Positions 57,182-64,000 of a stretch of 64,000 nt of DNA are shown here, one piece after another. Location: positions 1,922,001-1,986,000 of the forward strand of contig PS015010.1 of the NCBI GenBank assembly GCA_048213135.1. The letters are read 5' to 3'. Made by a program: the position numbers and the translations under genes. Numbering within the stretch: the stretch's first letter is position 1; each line of letters opens with the position of its first letter. Source of the stretch: Reclinomonas americana ATCC 50394. Taxonomy: Eukaryota. A model generated the notes under the pieces. It worked only from the letters and a program-made list of their open reading frames with translations. It had not been told where the DNA came from and searched no databases.

Positions 57182-58579
57182 TTATGACTCGCTCAGCATT
57201 TTGTGCATGAAACGCAGGATGATGAATTCAGCAGGACGAACAACAGCCATACCGATCTCCACGATCATACGGCCTTCCCATATGTCCTGCTCTGTCATGG
57301 TTTCACCAAGACCCACATGAACAAAGAAGGCTTCTTTGGTGGAAGCGCCCATCAACGCCCCGGCCTTCCATTGCTGCGTGAGGTAATTCTCGATCATTGA
57401 TTTTACCCTTACCCAGGTATTGCGGTCGTTGGGTTCAAACACAAACTGCTCCGTCGCGTTCTTGATCGATTCTTCGGCCATGTTGAAGAACCTGCGCACT
57501 GGTACATAGCGCCATTCATTGTCGTTGCCCGCCAGGGTACGGGCGCCCCAGATGATGGCAGGACCGCGGCCCGGGAAAGAACGGATGACATTAATGGATT
57601 TACCGGAAGTAACATCCACATTCAGTTCTGCCTGTTGCTTGCCGGTAATGATGATCTCTGGTTTTACCGCGTAATCGATACCCACATTCGCGGGGGCTTT
57701 CCAAACACCGCGGGTATTGTCTACTGTAGCATACTGGCCTACAACGCCGGATGAGGCAGGTAATACGAGTTCAATATTGGTAATGGCATTCTTAGCCATA
57801 AAATAATAAGCGTTGTTCTTGGTCTTCAGTTCCGTGAGTGTGGTAGCTCCGGCAACACCATTGATCTTTACCTGCCCCTCGTCTGCATATACATAATCAA
57901 GACGGGTATGGATGCGGGGGTAATACACTGCACCATACTTGGCGGTGTCGATAGTGCCAAAATCGAAATTGCGCAACACTTCCACATTGTTCACGGTCGT
58001 GTCGGGATCCATCCATACGTCCATCACCGCAAAACGATCTTTCAGGTCGGCACACTGGTCAAGCGCTTCCTTGTACAAAGCATAATAGTTGCCTGAAGCG
58101 CTCAGGTTCAGACCATCGGGGAAAAGGATAAGGGTTACCTCGTTCACTTTGGCTACTTCTTCCAGGCCTTTTGTAAGGTCACCGTCCATGATCAACCCAC
58201 CGGTATCTGTATAATTTCCTACCGATGTAATGTAGCAGGGGCCGCCGCCGTTGATGAAGAACAACTGCAGCGAATAGTACATGAGGAATTTTGAAGCTGT
58301 TGCCGGATTGGCCTTACCCTGCACTTCTATGCGGGAAGGATTGGTCAGGTTGAAAGTAACTTCCAGGCTGACTTCTGGCAATGCGCTGCCATAGTATTGT
58401 TCATACTCCAGCATAGAGCTGATGCGGTGCGGCTTCAGCAGCAGGTCGCCGTCTTCTTTCAGCTTTGCTTTTTCCGTATAACCGATAAAAGCAGGAATGG
58501 CTGTTTCCACTGAAGCAATGGAAGGGGGCAGCTTGGGAATTTCTTCGATATACACCCCCGGGGTTTTGTATTCTGGCAT
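57182..58579 (-). CDS. Contractile tail sheath protein
   Basis: YKTPGVYIEEI, TAIPAFIGYT, FFINGGG, RGVWKAPAN, IWGARTL, WRYVPVRR, FVFEPN, AVVRPAEFI motifs. Confidence 0.97.
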   Translation of the reverse strand: MPEYKTPGVYIEEIPKLPPSIASVETAIPAFIGYTEKAKLKEDGDLLLKPHRISSMLEYEQYYGSALPEVSLEVTFNLTNPSRIEVQGKANPATASKFLMYYSLQLFFINGGGPCYITSVGNYTDTGGLIMDGDLTKGLEEVAKVNEVTLILFPDGLNLSASGNYYALYKEALDQCADLKDRFAVMDVWMDPDTTVNNVEVLRNFDFGTIDTAKYGAVYYPRIHTRLDYVYADEGQVKINGVAGATTLTELKTKNNAYYFMAKNAITNIELVLPASSGVVGQYATVDNTRGVWKAPANVGIDYAVKPEIIITGKQQAELNVDVTSGKSINVIRSFPGRGPAIIWGARTLAGNDNEWRYVPVRRFFNMAEESIKNATEQFVFEPNDRNTWVRVKSMIENYLTQQWKAGALMGASTKEAFFVHVGLGETMTEQDIWEGRMIVEIGMAVVRPAEFIILRFMHKMLSES

Positions 58580-58638
58580 GACGTAAGTTTTAATTTTTAT
58601 GTATGAATATTTTTATTGTGATTGGTGTATGATCGTAT

Positions 58639-59964
58639 CTATGGCCCCAGTGGGAACATGTCGGATTCAGGAACCATGATGTCGGCAAAAACACGGGCAC
58701 CTTCTTTCTTCAGTTCCGCGAATAATTTAGGATTGGGCAGGTAGTCCAGTGTGGTATCCGCCTTCCTGAAAAGTACCGGCGTATAACTGAGTACCCTTGG
58801 GATCTTGGTAAAAGGTTTCCCGCTGTTATCGAGCAGGAATTCCGGGAACAACCCATTCTTGATGTCTTTACCCTTGTCGTTGATATACCGCCAGAAAGGC
58901 ACACGGCTCCTGATCCACAATTCAAATACCGGGTGCGGCGTATTCACCGTACGGTCGGCATTGAGACGGGTGATGATCCTGTTGTTGCCGGGTTCGGTAA
59001 GCTGGAAGGCGGCATTCGTTACCCTGTTCTTTACCTGAACGGCACCCCATACATCGCGGATATTTGTTTCCAGGTCACGCAGGAAAACAACTTTATGTTT
59101 CCTGTTGAATCCCCCGTTGCCAGTAACTTCCAGCGTATACAGGAGGTCGTTACCCGGCGTTGTTTCAGGCAATGTTCTCAGTTTGCGCAGATCGAAAGAA
59201 ACCGGGCGGCGGGTAAATACACCTGTAGCCGTACGGGCATTGACCGTTTCGATAACCGCATTGGTACTGTCTTTCAAAACAAAACTGGCATCGTTTACAT
59301 TGTCCTCTTTACGGAACGTGTAATAGAAATCCGGTTTCAGCAGCATGCGGTCTGTTTCACCTGCATAGCCACCCGCAGGCAGGGTAAGCCATTGCGCCGT
59401 ATCTGTCTCATCCGTATAAAAAGAACGGATGGTACTGGCACCAAACCTCGCAAGCTCTCCCTGCTCGTAAGGATAGGCACCATTGAAAGGAGCAATAGCT
59501 TCCGCCAGCCATGGGAATGTTCTGCCTCCCTGAAGATTTTCATTGGTGAAATAATACGCAGCAGAAAGCTGGCTCACCATTCTTGAGCCGGTGACAAGAT
59601 CAATGTCCTTTCCTTTGCGCATCATCAGTACAGGCAGACTGAATGCTTCGGGTAACGGGGCTACGGGTATAAAGCCGGTGAGTGATCCCGGTAACGCAAC
59701 CGGCTTCACCGCGATAGCCACCTTAAATCCCGAATAAGTTTTCAGCAATCGTAACCGGTGATTGTTATACAATCCGGTTGCTTCGCCGGGAATTTTCCAG
59801 TCCAGGTCGGCCCCGATGTTTCTTTCATTACGGGCAAACCGGTCCTGGAGAAATGCTGTGCGCCCAGGTGCCGGCAAATCAAAAACCACCGCACCGTCAT
59901 AATTGGTACAGTAGAATTCATGCAGCAGGCGAACTTCAAATAATATTTTATAGATGGTACTCAT
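58639..59964 (-). CDS. Conserved eCIS protein, candidate cap adaptor
   Basis: YKILFEVRLLHEFY N-terminus, WRY and LPNP C-terminal motifs; coupled to the cap gene by a TGATG overlap. Confidence 0.6.
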   Translation of the reverse strand: MSTIYKILFEVRLLHEFYCTNYDGAVVFDLPAPGRTAFLQDRFARNERNIGADLDWKIPGEATGLYNNHRLRLLKTYSGFKVAIAVKPVALPGSLTGFIPVAPLPEAFSLPVLMMRKGKDIDLVTGSRMVSQLSAAYYFTNENLQGGRTFPWLAEAIAPFNGAYPYEQGELARFGASTIRSFYTDETDTAQWLTLPAGGYAGETDRMLLKPDFYYTFRKEDNVNDASFVLKDSTNAVIETVNARTATGVFTRRPVSFDLRKLRTLPETTPGNDLLYTLEVTGNGGFNRKHKVVFLRDLETNIRDVWGAVQVKNRVTNAAFQLTEPGNNRIITRLNADRTVNTPHPVFELWIRSRVPFWRYINDKGKDIKNGLFPEFLLDNSGKPFTKIPRVLSYTPVLFRKADTTLDYLPNPKLFAELKKEGARVFADIMVPESDMFPLGP

Positions 59965-60605
59965 CAGCAATCGTCGGATACTTTGGTGAGATGTGTTTCT
60001 ATTTCTTCGATCAGCGGCACTTCCCTTACCTGTTTACGTCCGGTTATGGCCACCAGCCTCAGTTTGTACATCACGGAGGGCATCTGTTTTCCGCCCAGCG
60101 TGCCCCACAGGTGATTGATCTGTTCGAACGTAAGGGTATAGAGTTCCACTTTTATGAACAGCTTATTCAGTTCATCATCACTGAATTTGGTAAGGTCGGC
60201 ACCGGAAGAAGTGGCGAGTGAAAAAGAATTTTTGCCCTGGAAGAATTTGATCACGTGCGATAATTTCTTAAGCGACTCCAGGTAATTCTCATTCACATTG
60301 GCCTTGGTTGTTGAATTGCAGGAAGAGATGAGCAGGTAAAGATTAAGATAAGCCGGCGGATTCTCGTATACGCCTGTATTACCCGACCCGCGCCTGACGG
60401 CGGAAATATTTTTGAGTGTACTCTCTTCTTCTATATTGGCAAGTGTGAGTACGATCTTATCGTCGAAATTGATACCGCTGCCCGAGGATTCGAACAGGCC
60501 GATATTATCTATGATCACAATGTCGTCGGCAGTATTATAACCTTCCGTTACTTTCAGATAGGTCACCAGTTCTGTTCGAATCAGAGATATAGCTTCATTG
60601 ATCAT
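59964..60605 (-). CDS. DUF4255 / Pvc16-like cap (tail terminator) protein
   Basis: LANIEEE, PPAYLNLYLL, FFQ, EQINHLWGTLGGKQMPSVMYKLR motifs; first gene of the cluster. Confidence 0.9.
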   Translation of the reverse strand: MINEAISLIRTELVTYLKVTEGYNTADDIVIIDNIGLFESSGSGINFDDKIVLTLANIEEESTLKNISAVRRGSGNTGVYENPPAYLNLYLLISSCNSTTKANVNENYLESLKKLSHVIKFFQGKNSFSLATSSGADLTKFSDDELNKLFIKVELYTLTFEQINHLWGTLGGKQMPSVMYKLRLVAITGRKQVREVPLIEEIETHLTKVSDDC

Positions 60606-60804
60606 AAGCCGTCATTGGTTTACAAGCGGTTGATATGAATACGGTTCTTTCATTCGGGGTAATACTTACCCGTCATGCCTTTGGGCACTTGCTGTCATTT
60701 TTTTTCACCGGCGTTAACCGGTACGCTGCAGGTTAATTAGAGAGTAAAGCTCCGCCTGAAGGGGTAAAATGTCCCTTTCAAACGTGTTCGTTTGATTCTT
60801 CCAT

Positions 60805-60840
60805 AAGATGTTGCATCCTTCCCGCAGATGTTACCGCTAA
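60805..60840 (-). promoter_or_regulatory. Candidate ops-like element in the eCIS leader
   Basis: TTAGCGGTAACATCTGCGGGAAGGATGCAACATCTT, about 200 bp upstream of the first gene; its GCGGTA core is shared with ops (GGCGGTAG). Confidence 0.35.
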
Positions 60841-61268
60841 ATCGCAATAAATTTCTGCGCAGCAATAAAAAGGGAATGCTACAAAAAAACAGAGGAGAGA
60901 ACTTTGTCCTTTCGTTGAAATTGGTCCCTGCTTATAGTCAGTACAGATTCTACAAAACGGTGCAATGGGTTGGAACACCGGGAAACCCCTACAGGACACG
61001 GTTCCGGGAGATGGAGAATAATGGTCGGAATGGTACGGCCTTATTATTTAACCGGATCGCTGTAAGTTAACCCGGTATAAAGAAAGTGTTTTCATTCGGG
61101 ATTTGCAATACCACAAAGCGGGAATCTGGAAAAAATCTGAAATCATACAGGAATTATGTTCATGGCAGCCCGGCTTCCAGGAGCAACAGGCATTGTAGCA
61201 TTTTTTTAAGAAAGCAGCCCGTAATTCCGGAAATTAATAATGATAATACTAACCGGCGTTTGTATTAT

Positions 61269-61309
61269 ACAATGATCTTTCACAAGGATTAACGGTGAAA
61301 GATCATTGT
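61269..61309. terminator. Perfect 15-bp inverted repeat after the lipoprotein gene
   Basis: ACAATGATCTTTCAC-11 nt-GTGAAAGATCATTGT; no clear U-tract. Confidence 0.55.
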
Positions 61310-61353
61310 CGTATTAATGGTTAAACAGCGGCACTTTAGCGCCCCGCTGATCA

Positions 61354-62520
61354 TCATGGCCGGTATAAAACCAGTTTCACTTTATTGACCCCAACGTCAT
61401 TAATGAGTATGGCCGGGTAAGAATTAGTGGAAACGATCTCCCGGATTTCAGGATTGTCCATACCCAGTTTATCGATAAATCTTGTAATGGTACCGCCTTC
61501 ATCATAAGTTTCATACAGCGACATAGGCTGAACAAGGTTATTCACTGCGCCACCGAAAAGGATATGAGCCGGGTTAAGGGGATCTACCCAGATGCCATAG
61601 ATGTAAGAGTAGGGAAAATTAACCCCGTCTGACCTGAATATGAATTTTGCCGAAGAGCCGGTTATCTTCGAAAGTCCGCCTTCCTGGCCCAGGTAGAAAC
61701 TGCCGGGTACAAAGCTGTAAACCTGCAGCTCATTGGGCCGGCGGTTCTCCCAGGTATTGCGGTCCACTATCTTCCTGAAGCCTGAGAGCATTACCGGGTC
61801 TTTACCAATATCATAACGGGCAAACCAGGCATCATCCAGCGGGCTTTCCGCTCCCTGGAATACCTGGTCAGCATTACCCGGTAAAAAACCAATCACGGAT
61901 TTGTATCCTTCAAAAGATCCCGGTTCATTATTCATCCTTTTCCAGGTCAGGCCTCCGTCAACCGAAACAGCAATCATGGTTCCTCCTTCCAGGTTGGCAT
62001 AAATATGGTTGGGGTTACCGGGCCTTACTGCAAGGCAGGCATAGTTTTCATAACGACGGCTTACGGAATCGAATACGGGTGCTGTTGCTGCCTGCCAGTT
62101 GGAACCACCATTGCCCGAGATATACAGGGTTTTGTCTGAAGGCGCACCATTCGTTAGTGTTCCGGCATAGAATTTATTGGCGATGGTTGGATGTTTGAAA
62201 AGGCAGGATATTTTCCTCCCTCCCAAACCCGCCCTGGACCATTGTTTGGTGGCCAGTTCGTTTTTCCAGACACCGTCGCTGGTGGCTACATACACAAAGC
62301 CATTGTTGTAAACAGCCGACTGGAATTCAGATTCGCTCCTGGAAGAACTCAACGTCGCGGGAATAAATCCCTGGTCGATAAAAGTGCCGCCTGCCGCTGC
62401 TGCGGTTACGGAAGTTCGCATTGGTTTGCCTTCTGCTGTGGCCGGGTCGGTTTTTTCATTACAGCTGATCAATGCAGCCGGGGATAGAAAAGCGAGTGCG
62501 ACAAATAGATTTCTTTTCAT
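61354..62520 (-). CDS. Lipoprotein with Asp-box (BNR) beta-propeller
   Basis: Lipobox LISC; Asp-box-like YISGNGGSNW, VSVDGGLTW and TYDEGGT. Confidence 0.78.
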   Translation of the reverse strand: MKRNLFVALAFLSPAALISCNEKTDPATAEGKPMRTSVTAAAAGGTFIDQGFIPATLSSSRSESEFQSAVYNNGFVYVATSDGVWKNELATKQWSRAGLGGRKISCLFKHPTIANKFYAGTLTNGAPSDKTLYISGNGGSNWQAATAPVFDSVSRRYENYACLAVRPGNPNHIYANLEGGTMIAVSVDGGLTWKRMNNEPGSFEGYKSVIGFLPGNADQVFQGAESPLDDAWFARYDIGKDPVMLSGFRKIVDRNTWENRRPNELQVYSFVPGSFYLGQEGGLSKITGSSAKFIFRSDGVNFPYSYIYGIWVDPLNPAHILFGGAVNNLVQPMSLYETYDEGGTITRFIDKLGMDNPEIREIVSTNSYPAILINDVGVNKVKLVLYRP

Positions 62521-62616
62521 AAGTACTTACAATTTTTACAAAGGAGATCTTCATGATCTTCCCGCGCAAATATTTGGCTTTAAGTACTGTGATGTTATCC
62601 CGCAAAGACGTGATTT

Positions 62617-62973
62617 TTATTTTACTCCCGGATCCAATTGCAAAAAGTCCCCGTCGATGATCAGCAACTTAACTCCTTCTTCCGTGAAAGAACGATGCGA
62701 ACTGAGGTCGTCACTTACTACGTAACTCATGCCCGCAGATAGCTGAAAAACTTCACCTGTTTGCAATTCGCTGCTGAATGCGCCTTCGAGGCAATGGACA
62801 ATATGCCCTTTTTCGCACCAGTGGTTGGCCAGGTAGCCTTTACTGTATTCCACAATCCGTATCCGCAGGCCCGGGTGCTGTATCGTTCGCCACAGGGCCA
62901 TACCGGTATCGCCTTTATGCTCTGTAGTTGCTATTGTATTCCAGTCGATCGCCTGGAAGGGGATATTGCTCAT
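62617..62973 (-). CDS. DHCW-motif cupin-fold protein
   Basis: EHKGDTG, YSKGYLANHWCEKGH, SSHRS motifs; start set at MSNIPF, preceded by a TATGTTTG -7-like box at 62997-63004. Confidence 0.82.
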   Translation of the reverse strand: MSNIPFQAIDWNTIATTEHKGDTGMALWRTIQHPGLRIRIVEYSKGYLANHWCEKGHIVHCLEGAFSSELQTGEVFQLSAGMSYVVSDDLSSHRSFTEEGVKLLIIDGDFLQLDPGVK

Positions 62974-63004
62974 GTTGCTTTCTTCTGAATATTTACCAAA
63001 CATA

Positions 63005-63126
63005 CAAAAAGATGGCAGCCTTTCCGGCACTGCCACCCTGTTAACCACCCAATTGTAAACCATGCTCAGTGATATCATACACAGTTTTTAAAAAATGGTG
63101 GCAGCTTTGGGTATCTGCTGCCACCC
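63005..63126 (-). terminator. Two related tandem terminator hairpins
   Basis: GGTGGCAGC-loop-GCTGCCACC (63097-63125) and GGTGGCAG-loop-CTGCCATC (63011-63037), each followed by a T-run on the minus strand. Confidence 0.65.
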
Positions 63127-63182
63127 TCGATTCCTGTTCTGGAAAGAAAGCAATCGGCCCTGCTTATGAGAAGATGATCGTT

Positions 63183-64000
63183 CTATTTATGCAACCACGA
63201 GCCAAATTTGCTGAGTAGTTTTTTGGCCTTTTCCTCCTGTTCCTGTTTTGCCTTTTGTTCCTGGGCTGCTTTTGCCGCCTGGGATCGCTGGTACAGAACT
63301 GAGTTGTTCTTATTGACAATAATTCCGCGGGATTTTATCACTCCTTCGGCCTGTTTTGAATTGTACACTTTTTTCTGCCCGAATGTATTCGTGGTAGTGA
63401 CCCTGACATGATAGATCGCTATTGAAGTGCCGCTGCCGCCCGATATTGTACCGCTCCCCCCCTGTTCATCCTCAGCTCCTTCTTCGCCACCCATATCTCC
63501 GCTTGGTGCTTTATCTGTAGCTACAGATACTTTTATTGAACTTTTAGATGAGGTCTTTGATCTCCAGTTGACATCACTTCTTATATCCGCCTTGGTATTG
63601 TCAGGGCTTTGTGTTTCATCTACGATCTCATCGATTATGATCTCAACTTCGGCATGAAATTCAGAGTTATTCAGAAAATCGTCGAATTCGGCGCTCAGCT
63701 GGGTTGGCAATGAACCGCCTCCCATGAATTGCTTCAATATCTTGTCTCTCCAACCCCTGCGCCGGCCGTCGGTACTTTCAAAATCCGATGCCGATTTTCC
63801 ACCGACAGATTTTGGCTTACCCCCTTCATTATAAGTAAAAGAAGTTGCATCCTTAACTATCGATTCGATGAACATTACGATCCCAGATGCATCCAGGGTC
63901 TCATTTGTTACGGGGTCGGTTTGTGGCACAAGTTGTTCATTGTCTGCCAGCTTTCGTTCGCCGGGAACCATACCGTCATAGTCAACAAAGCGTACGGGAT
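63183..64000 (-). CDS. C-terminal end of an Rhs repeat-associated core protein with a ~262-aa variable domain (5' end outside window)
   Basis: Frame is open to the window edge and reads xPVRFVDYDG|MVPG, matching the Rhs-core PxxxxDPxG boundary. Confidence 0.7.
   Translation of the reverse strand, partial: PVRFVDYDGMVPGERKLADNEQLVPQTDPVTNETLDASGIVMFIESIVKDATSFTYNEGGKPKSVGGKSASDFESTDGRRRGWRDKILKQFMGGGSLPTQLSAEFDDFLNNSEFHAEVEIIIDEIVDETQSPDNTKADIRSDVNWRSKTSSKSSIKVSVATDKAPSGDMGGEEGAEDEQGGSGTISGGSGTSIAIYHVRVTTTNTFGQKKVYNSKQAEGVIKSRGIIVNKNNSVLYQRSQAAKAAQEQKAKQEQEEKAKKLLSKFGSWLHK

Larger units (their letters stand above)
23121..60605 (-). other. Extracellular contractile injection system (eCIS) gene cluster
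   Basis: Contiguous same-strand genes for cap, sheath, tubes, LysM-type tube initiator, VgrG, PAAR, gp25, baseplate J-like, tape measure and AAA+ ATPase. No capsid or terminase, and no T6SS membrane complex or ClpV. Confidence 0.95.

Noticed and set aside
23121-60605. Prophage or T6SS interpretation of the tail genes
   Set aside because: No capsid, portal, terminase or integrase, and no TssB/TssC split sheath, Hcp, ClpV or membrane complex. DUF4255, Afp14-like and Afp15-like genes indicate an eCIS.
60778-61292. Short ORFs in the gap upstream of the eCIS
   Set aside because: Non-ATG or weak starts, overlapping on both strands, no motifs; treated as regulatory DNA.
62974-63078. Extended N-termini given by the ORF track (cupin; also kduI, kduD, GH88, gp25, VHPO-fold)
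   Set aside because: The extensions cross terminators or upstream genes; downstream ATGs match the family N-termini.
1-64000. tRNA, rRNA, IS elements
   Set aside because: None recognised by eye; tRNAscan-SE, Infernal and ISEScan were not run.

Overview
Bacteroidota (Chitinophagaceae-like) chromosomal window with four parts. (1) 1-6150: a uronate/glycosaminoglycan-type catabolic cluster (LacI regulator, PL6 lyase, kduI, kduD, GH88). (2) 6158-23012: a FUSC transporter, a complete hisGDCBHAF(IE) operon with an unannotated His-rich leader peptide and attenuator, a REP-truncated sensor remnant, a DUF4136 lipoprotein and two T9SS-secreted proteins (one a second PL6 lyase). (3) 23121-60605: a ~37.5 kb single-strand (minus) extracellular/phage-tail-like contractile injection system (eCIS, Afp/PVC/AlgoCIS type). 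It has cap, sheath, two tubes, plug, tube initiator, VgrG spike, PAAR, gp25, two giant Cys-rich baseplate proteins, tape measure and AAA+ ATPase, but no recognisable tail-fibre or lysis gene. Between tape measure and ATPase lies an unusual accessory block: four DUF4157 (HExxH) proteins with repeated Q-[RK] motifs and variable payloads, candidate immunity genes, an Lgt-like membrane enzyme between the two effectors whose payload begins at LRLQR-C, a catalytically degenerate vanadium-haloperoxidase-fold protein, and an orphan ParA ATPase. (4) 61354-64000: an Asp-box lipoprotein, a cupin and the C-terminal end of an Rhs-core protein. All calls come from motif reading of the sequence; no database searches were run.
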